A program made the translations under genes and the position numbers. A model generated the notes under the pieces. That model ran no database searches. It was not told the DNA's origin and saw nothing but the letters and a program-made list of their open reading frames with translations. A stretch of 64,000 nt of DNA from Bacillota bacterium (GTDB taxonomy: Bacteria > Bacillota > Sulfobacillia > RBS10-35 > JAJYVN01). Position 1 is the first letter of the stretch; every line of letters begins with the position of its first letter. Below, piece by piece: positions 18,094 through 28,234 of the stretch. Location: positions 13,837 through 77,836 of the forward strand of contig JAJZMB010000053.1 of the NCBI GenBank assembly GCA_021803205.1, in the 5' to 3' direction.

Positions 18094-18744
18094 GTGTGGT
18101 CTGGACCACAGATCGTCCAGGCGCTATCCTCTCTGCAGTGGGGGGCGGTCGTCCTGTACCCGGTCCGGATGGCGACGGCGCAGGCTCATACCCGATTGTC
18201 CCTCGGTCCCGGAGACGGCGCGACCTGGGTCTACCTGGTGGAGGAGGGACTGCTCCGACCGGTGGCGATCACGCCGGAGGGCCGCGAGTGCGGCCTGGGG
18301 CTGGTCGGCCCCGGCGAGGCACTGCTTCACTCCGACATCGACGGTCAGCCGGCAATCGGATTGTACATCGAAGCCCTGCAGGACAGCCGCTGCCTCTGCG
18401 TACCACGCGACGCACTGCCCGCCGTGAGCTTGCGCGACCCCGAACTCGCCGGCCGGCTGCTGATCGCGCTCGCCGGGCGCGTGGCCGATCTCGGGATGCT
18501 CTCGGCCTCACTGGTGCTCGACGGCGCGGGCGACCGCCTGCTGCGCCTCCTGCAGCATTTGGCGCGCCGCCATGGCACGCCTGACGCGGGAAAACTGCGC
18601 CTGCGCCTGCGCCAGCAGGATCTGGCGTCACTGGCCGGCGTCTGCCGGGAAACGGTCAACGCCACATTGCGCGATCTCGCCGCCCGCGGGCTGGTCCGCT
18701 GCGGCCGGCAGACGGTTTGGCTCACGCCGGAGTGCGCGCGCTGA
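18094..18744 (+). CDS. Crp/Fnr family transcriptional regulator
   Basis: cNMP-binding-like barrel (GPGDGATWVYLVEEGLL). C-terminal HTH (QQDLASLAGVCRETVNATLRDLAARGLV). The start is uncertain: GTG 18094 was chosen because third-position GC rises there. Alternatives are 18040 and 18169. Confidence 0.8.
   Translation: MWSGPQIVQALSSLQWGAVVLYPVRMATAQAHTRLSLGPGDGATWVYLVEEGLLRPVAITPEGRECGLGLVGPGEALLHSDIDGQPAIGLYIEALQDSRCLCVPRDALPAVSLRDPELAGRLLIALAGRVADLGMLSASLVLDGAGDRLLRLLQHLARRHGTPDAGKLRLRLRQQDLASLAGVCRETVNATLRDLAARGLVRCGRQTVWLTPECAR
18095..18110. promoter_or_regulatory. CRP/FNR-type palindrome TGTGGTCTGGACCACA
   Basis: Perfect 7-2-7 inverted repeat with TGTGn-N6-nCACA architecture. It lies between the divergent qcrA (start 18048) and the Crp/Fnr-family gene. 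Confidence 0.5.
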
Positions 18745-18848
18745 TCGCGCCCGCACCGTCACCGGGCGCCGCCTTCAGGGACTTCGCGGGATTCGGCCCG
18801 CCCGTGCGTGCCTTAACATTTCGGCGATGATCGCCCGGCCGTGGCGAT

Positions 18849-18854
18849 TATACT
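18849..18854 (+). promoter_or_regulatory. -10 box TATACT placed 7 nt before the response-regulator GTG (possible leaderless mRNA)
   Basis: GGCGATTATACTTTAAAGCGTG. There is no SD between the -10 box and the start codon. Confidence 0.3.
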
Positions 18855-18861
18855 TTAAAGC

Positions 18862-19542
18862 GTGAATAAGCGGGTCTTGTTGGTGGATGATGCCGTGCAC
18901 GTCCAGCGCCTGCTGCGCATGTATCTCGAACGCGCGGGCTACGCCGTCGACGCCTGCGGAGACGGCGAGCAGGCGCTCGCGCGCATCGCGGTGCAGCGCC
19001 CTGACCTTGTGATCCTCGACCTGATGCTGCCCGGGATCGGCGGGCTCGAAGTCTGCCGCCGCCTGCGCGCCGAGGGCGACATCCCCGTGATCATGCTCAC
19101 CGCACGCACCACGGAACAGGATCGGCTGCGGGGTCTGAAGGACGGCGCGGACGACTACGTCACCAAGCCGTTCAGCCCGGCCGAGGTCGTACTGCGGGTC
19201 GAGGCCGTCCTGCGGCGGACAGGGTCGCGCGCAGACACCACCGAGACGCTCCGCGCCGGCGCCATCGAACTCGACCCGGCGATGCACCGGGTCACCATCA
19301 ACGGCCGGGACATCAGCGTGACGCCGACTGAGTTTCGGCTGCTGCACACCCTCATCGCCTCGCCGGGGCGAACCTTCACCCGGCAGCAGTTGCTCGACCA
19401 TATCGCCGGTCCGGATTTCGCCGGCTTCGACCGGAATGTCGACGTACACGTGGCCAACCTGCGCAAGAAGCTGGGTATGCGGCCGAGCCCGGTGCGCACG
19501 GTGTACGGCGTCGGCTACCGCTATCAGGCGGAACCGGAATGA
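18862..19542 (+). CDS. OmpR-family response regulator
   Basis: Receiver domain (VLLVDD, LVILDLMLPG, DDYVTKPF) plus a winged helix (TVYGVGYRY). Confidence 0.92.
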   Translation: MNKRVLLVDDAVHVQRLLRMYLERAGYAVDACGDGEQALARIAVQRPDLVILDLMLPGIGGLEVCRRLRAEGDIPVIMLTARTTEQDRLRGLKDGADDYVTKPFSPAEVVLRVEAVLRRTGSRADTTETLRAGAIELDPAMHRVTINGRDISVTPTEFRLLHTLIASPGRTFTRQQLLDHIAGPDFAGFDRNVDVHVANLRKKLGMRPSPVRTVYGVGYRYQAEPE

Positions 19543-20852
19543 GTCCGCGCCGGATCCGGCTCGGGATCTGGCCGCACCTGCTCCTCACGGCCGCGGTCGG
19601 CATCGTGATCGCGATGGGCGTCATCGGGTATGGGGCGAACCGTGCGTACAGCAGGACCTATGCCCAACGCCAAGCCCACTCCGAGGCGACGAACATCGCC
19701 TACCTTCTGAACCAGGTCTACACCTACGAGGGCAGCGCCGGACTGCAGGGCGCACTCTCCAAACTGGCCAAAGAGTATCGCGCCCGCGTGATTGTGTACG
19801 CCGGCAACGCCGTCGTTTTGGATACGGCGCCGGGACATCCCCCCACCTGCAACCAGAAGCCCTTCCAGTTTCCGTTGGCGACACCGGGCATGCCCGTCTA
19901 TCAGGTTCTGCTCTGCCTGCCTGACCCAAACCTTGGCTTTCTGGCCATCCTGCGTGCGCTGCTGCTTCCGGGCGTTCTCGGGCTGCTCGGAGCGCTGGCC
20001 GCGGTCCTGCTCGTCAGTCGCCGGATCGCCGTACCCCTGGCCGGGCTGGCCCGCGCCGCACAGCGGTTTGGAGAAGGCGACTTGACGATCCGCGTGCCGG
20101 TGCGCGGCCCCGGCGAGATCGCCGATGTCGCCGCCGAGTTCAACCGCATGGCGCAGGGCCTCGAGGAGGGGCAGCGGCAGCGGCAGGCCATGGTCGCCGA
20201 CGTGGCGCATGAGCTGCGCACCCCGCTCACGGTGCTGCGGGGATACGTCGAGGCGCTCAAGGACGGTATGGCTGAGCCCGACGCAGACACCCTCGGCGTC
20301 ATCCATGAGGAGGCGGTCCACCTGCAGAAACTGGTGGACGATCTGCAGGACCTGGCACAGGCTGACGCCGCGGATTTGGGTCTGCAGCCGGGCCCGCTCG
20401 ATGTCACCGACATCCTGCAGTCCACCGCCGCCGGATTCCATCTACAGGCCGAGGCCAAGGGCGTCCGCATCGAGGTGTCGGCGGAGCCCGGCGTTGCGGT
20501 GACGGCCGACCGCCGGCGCATTGCCCAGGTGATCCACAACCTGGTCGCCAACGCCCTGCGCTACACCGCGGATGGCGGCGAGATCCGTCTGGCGGCGCAA
20601 GCCCTGCGCGACATCGTCCGCGTCGACGTCACCGACACGGGGGTCGGCATCGCGGCCGAGCACCTTCCCCACGTCTTCGACCGCTTCTACCGCGTCGATC
20701 CGTCGCGCGCGCGCGAAACGGGCGGATCCGGCCTCGGCCTGACCATCGCCCGGCGCATCGTCGAAGCGCACGGGGGCACCATGGGCGTGGAATCCGCCGT
20801 CGGTCGCGGCACGCGCTTCTGGTTCACACTGCCACGCAGGGCACCGACTTAG
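19539..20852 (+). CDS. sensor histidine kinase (2 TM, HAMP, HisKA, HATPase_c)
   Basis: H-box VAHELRTPLT, DTGVGI, GGSGLGLTIA. ATGA overlap with the regulator gene. Confidence 0.92.
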   Translation: MSPRRIRLGIWPHLLLTAAVGIVIAMGVIGYGANRAYSRTYAQRQAHSEATNIAYLLNQVYTYEGSAGLQGALSKLAKEYRARVIVYAGNAVVLDTAPGHPPTCNQKPFQFPLATPGMPVYQVLLCLPDPNLGFLAILRALLLPGVLGLLGALAAVLLVSRRIAVPLAGLARAAQRFGEGDLTIRVPVRGPGEIADVAAEFNRMAQGLEEGQRQRQAMVADVAHELRTPLTVLRGYVEALKDGMAEPDADTLGVIHEEAVHLQKLVDDLQDLAQADAADLGLQPGPLDVTDILQSTAAGFHLQAEAKGVRIEVSAEPGVAVTADRRRIAQVIHNLVANALRYTADGGEIRLAAQALRDIVRVDVTDTGVGIAAEHLPHVFDRFYRVDPSRARETGGSGLGLTIARRIVEAHGGTMGVESAVGRGTRFWFTLPRRAPT

Positions 20853-21055
20853 ACCGTCGCCGGGACCGGATCCATCCGACCACTTCCTGCCGGCCCGCCG
20901 GGTGGATACCTGTGGCAGCGCCTCCACGCCGCTCCTCGGGGCGCCAATCCCCGCCTGTCCTGCCCTTTCCGCGCCGGTCGCCCACTGCAGCCAACCATTG
21001 CTTGAGCGGCGTCCGCCCGCAAGGCACAGGCTGCTCCTCGAAGGGGGGATGCCGT

Positions 21056-21679
21056 GTGCCTGCGTGCTGGAAGCGCTGGTGCCTCGGCGCCGTCACGGTA
21101 CTCATGCTCCTCGGGGGAGGCCTGGGGGCGGCGGCGGCTCCGGCGACAACGCCCAGTGCGCCTCCGACGCTCCTGCACGGGATCGCGCGGAACCTGGGCG
21201 TACCCGCGGCCAAACTTGAGGCGGCGGTACGTGCCGCAGAACTGGAGCGGTGGAACGCATTCGCCAGCGCGCACCACATTCCCGAAGCCCGAGCAAAGGC
21301 AATCGGCGAACGCATTCGCAACGAGCCGCTGACCCTGGCCGTGCGCTTCGGCGGCGGCGCCAAACGCGGCCTGCTCACCGCGGCGGCCGGATATCTCGGC
21401 CTGCCCCGGGAGCAACTGGCACAACAATTACGCCAGGGTAAGACCCTCGCGGAACTCGCCACAGCCCACGGCAAGACCGCGGACGGCCTCAAGGCGGCCA
21501 TCCTGGCTTCGGCCGAACAGGATCTGAACGGGCGGGTCCAGCTTGGGGAACTGGCCCCCGCAGCGCGGGACCGCATGCTCAACCATCTGACGCAGCACAT
21601 CGACGAGATCCTGCAGACCCGCTTCCGCACCGGTGCGGGGTCGCCCACAAGCGGCGTCCGGCCTCTGCGGGCGGGCTAA
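21056..21679 (+). CDS. secreted hypothetical protein downstream of the two-component system
   Basis: GTG 21056 follows AAGGGGGG. Signal peptide WKRWCLGAVTVLMLLGGGLGAAAAP. Helical repeats. No family recognised. Confidence 0.6.
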   Translation: MPACWKRWCLGAVTVLMLLGGGLGAAAAPATTPSAPPTLLHGIARNLGVPAAKLEAAVRAAELERWNAFASAHHIPEARAKAIGERIRNEPLTLAVRFGGGAKRGLLTAAAGYLGLPREQLAQQLRQGKTLAELATAHGKTADGLKAAILASAEQDLNGRVQLGELAPAARDRMLNHLTQHIDEILQTRFRTGAGSPTSGVRPLRAG

Positions 21680-21688
21680 GGAACCCCG

Positions 21689-21720
21689 CGGGGCCGGGGC
21701 ACCGCCCCGGCCCCGTTTCC
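21689..21720 (+). terminator. intrinsic terminator
   Basis: 12-bp GC stem CGGGGCCGGGGC / GCCCCGGCCCCG with an ACC loop, followed by TTTCC. It starts 10 nt after the stop codon. Confidence 0.6.
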
Positions 21721-22076
21721 CGATCGCCATCCGGTCACCGGCGGGTGGCGGCCGTTTCTCCAGCGCGGAGGTCGGGCGATCTGTGATTTCCATAGCAGCG
21801 GAACAGGCATACTGCACGCACGGCGCCTGCCGGCCTCAGGCTCAGGCCCTTCCGTCCGCCGCGTCGCTGGAGCGCGACTCGGCTCCTCTCCTTGGGCTTT
21901 CCCTGCGCAAGCTCTTCCAGCGCGGTTTCCGTGGCCGCGCTGATCAGCGGCAAGTGCGTGCTGGGGCGCTTCGAGCGGCACTCGCCCTGCGTGCCATCGT
22001 CGGCGCTGAACTGCGGCAGGCCATGGCGGAGGCGGGAACGGCACCGGGACGGATCTTGCAGCGCCCACTTCATTGT

Positions 22077-22094
22077 TATATAGTGATTGATATA
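22077..22094. promoter_or_regulatory. AT-rich palindromic operator ATATAGTGATTGATATAT
   Basis: ATATA-N8-TATAT inverted repeat in an AT-rich island just upstream of CMD1. 12/18 positions are identical to the palindrome at 60255-60272. Confidence 0.45.
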
Positions 22095-22118
22095 TGTATC
22101 GTGGTGGTATGGAGGACG

Positions 22119-22457
22119 ATGCGGTTGGACGACCGGGTGCGTGAGTTGATCGCCGTTGCGGCGGCGTACGCCGCCGGCTGCGTGCCGGCACTGGAGGGTC
22201 ACGTCCGGCGCGCGAGGGAGTTGGGTGTGAGTCCGGAGGAATTGGAGGATGTGCTCACCATTGCCCGCGCGGCAAAGGTGCAGGGTTTCACGCAGATCGA
22301 CGAAGTGGCCCACGAAAGCACGGCCAGCGCCGGCCTCACGGAATTGAAGATCCTGTCCATCGTGCACGGGCAGGGGCAAGCGATGACCATCGACTTCTAC
22401 GATCCGGAGAAGGGCATGATCCGAAGAGCTCGAACGATGCTCAGCGCTGACCGATGA
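22119..22457 (+). CDS. carboxymuconolactone decarboxylase (AhpD-like) family protein, copy 1
   Basis: MRLDDRVRELIAVAAAYAAGCVPALEGHV is a CMD/AhpD-type N-terminus with only the first Cys of CxxC. The 3' end carries an ArsD-like MTIDFYDPE fragment. Confidence 0.75.
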   Translation: MRLDDRVRELIAVAAAYAAGCVPALEGHVRRARELGVSPEELEDVLTIARAAKVQGFTQIDEVAHESTASAGLTELKILSIVHGQGQAMTIDFYDPEKGMIRRARTMLSADR

Positions 22458-22524
22458 GCGCGCCGGGGTGTGTTGCGGCGCTCCCGGGCCGATTGAGCAA
22501 CGCTCGTCCAAGGAGGCGGCACCG

Positions 22525-22848
22525 TTGCAAATAGATGTTTACGATCCCGAAATGTGTTGCTCCACCGGGGTCTGCGGTCCATCGCCAGATCCTGAACTGA
22601 TTCGCGTGAACACTCTGCTCAACCGCTTGCGCACCGAGGGACACACAGTGAACCGCTATATGCTGAGCCGGAATCCGCTGGCCTTCTCCTCCAACCGGGA
22701 CGTGTACAAAGCGTTGCTGGACAAGGGGGTCAAGGCGCTACCCATCGTTTGCGTGGACGGTCGGGTGGTAGGCGCTGGCGCCTACCCGGCTGACGAGCAC
22801 TTGATCGGCGCCGGTTCGGTGGCGGCGCTCCAGCCGGGCTGTGGCTGA
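22525..22848 (+). CDS. arsD: arsenical resistance metallochaperone/repressor ArsD
   Basis: QIDVYDPEMCCSTGVCGP (Cys12/13/18 motif), RYMLSRNPLAF, LPIVCVDGRVV. TTG 22525 lies 8 nt after AAGGAGG. GC is visibly lower than the surroundings (31 of the first 60 nt are G/C). Confidence 0.88.
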   Translation: MQIDVYDPEMCCSTGVCGPSPDPELIRVNTLLNRLRTEGHTVNRYMLSRNPLAFSSNRDVYKALLDKGVKALPIVCVDGRVVGAGAYPADEHLIGAGSVAALQPGCG

Positions 22849-23144
22849 GGCGGTGGCAAGCGCTGCTAGTTGAGCGGCGCCCGACTGCGGCAGCAGAGCC
22901 AGAGCCGTACTACGGAATTCGCTTCTGACGATGGGATGAACCGTGAAAACGTTCAGGAGCGCGGGAACGGGATGCCCTGCTACCACCCCCAGCGTCCCGA
23001 AACCCGCGCATCCCTCATCGGCTCCTGCACCTGTGACGCGTCGGCCAAGTCCCCTGCGCGACGGGGCGCAGGTGGATGCTCCCGCGCAGCAGACGCCGCG
23101 CCCCACTTTCTTGATTTTCCCGCAGATAGTACCAATCCTGAATA

Positions 23145-25121
<1,977 letters not shown>

Positions 25122-25157
25122 TGGGCCCCACCTCCGGTCAGGCTACGGGAGTCTGGT

Positions 25158-26177
25158 CTACTTCGGAACGGCAATCCGCGCTCCTTCCGCAACGGCCAGG
25201 CGCGCGGAAGGACCGCCCAGCGGCAGTTCCCGCATCTCCGCCGCGTCGACCCACCGGACGGGCCCGTGGCCGACGGCGCGATACGGCCGCACCCTCCAGA
25301 TCCTGTGCGTGAACGTGTAACGCAGCGCGGGCAGCGGCTCAACCTCTCCGCAGAGGTCGAGGCTGTGCCGCCGCGCGACCTCGGCGGGCGACGCGCCCCC
25401 CTCCACGCTCGGACATTCCCACATGCCGGCGAGGAGGCCCGCCGACGGGCGCTGCACCAATCCGAGGCGCCCGGCACCATCGCGCAGCACCAGGGTGGTC
25501 ACCTCCACCTCGGGCCGCGGTCGTCGAACCGGCTTGCATGGCAGTGACGCCGCACGGCCGGCCTGCCGACCCGCGCAGAGGTCGGCCAGCGGGCACAGGG
25601 CGCAGCGGGGCGCCCGGGGGACGCAGACCAAGGCCCCGAGGTCCATCACTGCCTCGTTCCAGTCCGCAGCCCGCCCGTGCGGCAGTAGCGATTCCGCCAG
25701 TCCGGGCGTCGCCCGGTCCAGATCGAAGAGACGCGCCAGCACCCGCGCCGCGTTGGCGTCGAACGCCGCCGCGTCGCGACCGAAGGCGAAACTGCCGATC
25801 GCCGCCGCGATGTAGGGCCCCACCCCGGGCAAGGCACGGAGGTCGGCCGGATCCGCGGGGACGTGCCCGCCGAAGCGCTCCACCATCATGCGCGCGGCCC
25901 GGTGGAGGTTCCGGGCACGGCTGTAGTAGCCGAGACCCTGCCACAGCGCGAGGACGTCCTGCTCGGCGGCGGCGGCCAGCGTCGGCACGTCCGGGAAGCG
26001 CACCAGGAAGCGCTCGAGGTGATGTCCCACCGCCTCCGCCGCCGTCTGCTGGGACATCACCTCGGTCAGGAGCACACGGTAAGGGGATCGGTCGCGTCGG
26101 AAGGGCAGGTCGCGCCGATGCCGCGCAAACCACCCCAGCAGGCGGCGCTGGATCTCCTCCGTGCTTACGGGATCCAC
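25158..26177 (-). CDS. mutY: A/G-specific adenine glycosylase
   Basis: HhH-GPD LPGVGPYIAAAI. 4Fe-4S loop CVPRAPRCALCPLADLC. C-terminal NUDIX-like domain. Confidence 0.92.
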   Translation of the reverse strand: MDPVSTEEIQRRLLGWFARHRRDLPFRRDRSPYRVLLTEVMSQQTAAEAVGHHLERFLVRFPDVPTLAAAAEQDVLALWQGLGYYSRARNLHRAARMMVERFGGHVPADPADLRALPGVGPYIAAAIGSFAFGRDAAAFDANAARVLARLFDLDRATPGLAESLLPHGRAADWNEAVMDLGALVCVPRAPRCALCPLADLCAGRQAGRAASLPCKPVRRPRPEVEVTTLVLRDGAGRLGLVQRPSAGLLAGMWECPSVEGGASPAEVARRHSLDLCGEVEPLPALRYTFTHRIWRVRPYRAVGHGPVRWVDAAEMRELPLGGPSARLAVAEGARIAVPK

Positions 26178-26692
26178 GCTTCTTCCGCACTCCCGGCGGC
26201 CCTGTTGGCTTGTCGGGCCAACACAAACAGCAGATCCGAAAGGCGATTCAGATAGGCGAGCACATGCGGAGGGACGGATGCGGCCGCCGCGAGGGCGACG
26301 CAGCGCCGCTCCGCTCGGCGCGCCACGGTTCGTGCGACGTGCAGGGCGGCGGCAAGGTCGCTGCCGCCCGGGAGAATGAAGTTCCGCAACGGGGGCAGTC
26401 GCGCGGAGCAGGCATCGATGGCGGCTTCGAGCGCGGCCAATTGCGCCGGCCCAACCCGCGGCGCCCCCTCGGGCGCCGCGAGGTCGGCGCCCACAAGCAA
26501 CAGGTCGGCCTGCAGCCCCCCGAGCAAGCCGTCATCCACCTCGCCCGTCGTCCTGGCGCGGCAGACGCCGATGTGCGCGTTCAGTTCGTCCACCGCGCCA
26601 CCGGCCTCGATGCGCAGGTCGTCCTTGCGTACCCGTCGGCCTCCGAACAGGCCGGTCTCGCCCGCATCCCCGGATCGCGTGTATATCCGCAT
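26165..26692 (-). CDS. pduO: ATP:cob(I)alamin adenosyltransferase, PduO type
   Basis: MRIYTRSGDAGETGLFGG...NFILPGG...RTVARRAER. GGGAGGG RBS. The 765-aa ORF in the track is an upstream run-on artefact. Confidence 0.9.
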   Translation of the reverse strand: MRIYTRSGDAGETGLFGGRRVRKDDLRIEAGGAVDELNAHIGVCRARTTGEVDDGLLGGLQADLLLVGADLAAPEGAPRVGPAQLAALEAAIDACSARLPPLRNFILPGGSDLAAALHVARTVARRAERRCVALAAAASVPPHVLAYLNRLSDLLFVLARQANRAAGSAEEAWIP

Positions 26693-26729
26693 GCCCACCC
26701 TCCCGCCGCCGAACACAGGGGCTTCCGTC

Positions 26730-26760
26730 TTGCCAACGCACCATGCTGCTACGATATACT
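26730..26760 (+). promoter_or_regulatory. candidate sigma-A promoter TTGCCA-19-TATACT
   Basis: -35 at 26730-26735 and -10 at 26755-26760, in the divergent gap between pduO and iscA. The spacer is 19 nt, which is longer than optimal. Confidence 0.35.
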
Positions 26761-26815
26761 GCATGGGGCTCGATATCCTTTCATCGGCGACTATTGCCCC
26801 GCGGAGGTGCCGGAG

Positions 26816-27178
26816 ATGATCACGCTGACGCCGAAGGCGGCCCTCAAGGTGAAGGACCTGCTGGCACAGAAGAACCGCGATGATTTGGCCCTGCGCATCT
26901 ACGTCTCGGCAGGGGGCTGCCGCGGATTCAGCTACGGCATGGCCTGGGATGCCCCGACCGAGGAGGACGCGGTGGTCGAGCAGGAGGGCGTGCGGGTCCT
27001 GGTCGATCCGATGAGCGCCACCTACCTCGACGGTGCCGAGGTTGACTTCGCCGAAGCCCTGATGGGCGGGGGGTTCACCATCACCAACCCCAATGCCGCC
27101 TCGACCTGCGGCTGCGGGCAATCCTTCCAGAGCAAAGACGGGAGCGGGGCGGCACACGCCTGTAGCTGCGGCCACTGA
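26816..27178 (+). CDS. iscA: iron-sulfur cluster insertion protein (IscA/ErpA/HesB family)
   Basis: GGCRGFSYG and C-terminal CGCGQSF. GGAGGTG RBS. An extra Cys/His tail AAHACSCGH. Confidence 0.9.
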   Translation: MITLTPKAALKVKDLLAQKNRDDLALRIYVSAGGCRGFSYGMAWDAPTEEDAVVEQEGVRVLVDPMSATYLDGAEVDFAEALMGGGFTITNPNAASTCGCGQSFQSKDGSGAAHACSCGH

Positions 27179-27445
27179 CGCGGATGAGCCGGTGCGCCCG
27201 GAGGCGAACGGGCGCGCCGGCTTTGGCTTGTGACCCTCTTCGGCCCCGTGCCGCCGGCCATCCGGAATGTCGCTGCCGTGGCGAAGAGGGAGACGTATAG
27301 GTATGCGTCGAGGCCGAGCCCGGCATGCCGAGCGCGGCCTTTGTATGTAGGCTGTGTGAGCGGAGCCGCGGCGGCGGTATGCCGTCGACGGCCCTGCAAC
27401 GGTTTTCCGGGGGGAAGGTGCGTCTGTACGCAACCGGCACGCCAT

Positions 27446-28234
27446 ATGCCAGGGCTCGTGGCCAAGACGCAAAGCCCCGCCGCCGCGGCGACCGCTCCGG
27501 TCTATCCCGCGTCCGCCCGCTACCGCGGGCGGCTGATCGCCGTTGAAGGCATCGACGGATCTGGGAAGAGCACCCAACTGCGCCTGTTGTTGCGTTGGCT
27601 GCAGGCCGCGGGCCTGCCAGTGCATCTCACTGCCTGGAACTCCTCGCCGGTCGTGCACGAAGCAACCCGGCGGGCGAAACGGGAGCGCAGCCTTCAGCCA
27701 CTGACCTTCAGCCTGATGCATGCCGCCGATTTGGCCGATCGCCTGGAACGGGAGATCCTGCCGCGCCTGCGCGCCGGGCACATCGTCCTCGCCGACCGGT
27801 GGGCAGCCACCGCCTTCGCGCGAGACGCCGCCCGCGGATGCGACCCCGAGTGGTTGCGTCGCCTGTATGCCTTCGCTCCGCGGCCGCATCTCGCAGTGTA
27901 CTTCCGGGTGCCCCCGGACGTGGCGGTGGCCCGCATTCAGGGCGGCCGGGCGGAATTGCGCTATTACGAAGCGGGCATGGACCTCGGGTTGTCCCCCGAA
28001 CCGGCCGAAAGCTTCCGCATCTTCCAGCGCCGCGTTGCCGAACACTATGAGTCCCTTGCGGCTCCGGAGCGACTCCGCACCATCGACGGGCTGGGGCCGG
28101 TGGCCGTGCAGCAGGAAGCGTTCCGGCACTTGGTGCGCCGCACCCTGCGCCGTCGGGAGCCGCTCACGGCGACCGATGCAGGTCCTGAAGCCTCCACGGG
28201 CGCCGAGCCCGCGACCGGGGAGTGGGACGAATGA
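27446..28234 (+). CDS. thymidylate kinase-like protein 1
   Basis: P-loop IAVEGIDGSGKSTQ and a DRW motif in place of DRY. The rest is diverged from canonical Tmk. Confidence 0.78.
   Translation: MPGLVAKTQSPAAAATAPVYPASARYRGRLIAVEGIDGSGKSTQLRLLLRWLQAAGLPVHLTAWNSSPVVHEATRRAKRERSLQPLTFSLMHAADLADRLEREILPRLRAGHIVLADRWAATAFARDAARGCDPEWLRRLYAFAPRPHLAVYFRVPPDVAVARIQGGRAELRYYEAGMDLGLSPEPAESFRIFQRRVAEHYESLAAPERLRTIDGLGPVAVQQEAFRHLVRRTLRRREPLTATDAGPEASTGAEPATGEWDE

Noticed and set aside
21735-22071. A minus-strand ORF (MKWALQDPSRCRSRLRHGLPQFSADDG...) divergent from CMD1, as a possible ArsR-like regulator sharing the AT-rich operator.
   Set aside because: There is no helix-turn-helix or ELCVCDL-type motif. 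The composition is Arg-rich. The 258-aa track ORF it belongs to overlaps CMD1 antisense. Coding potential is unconvincing.
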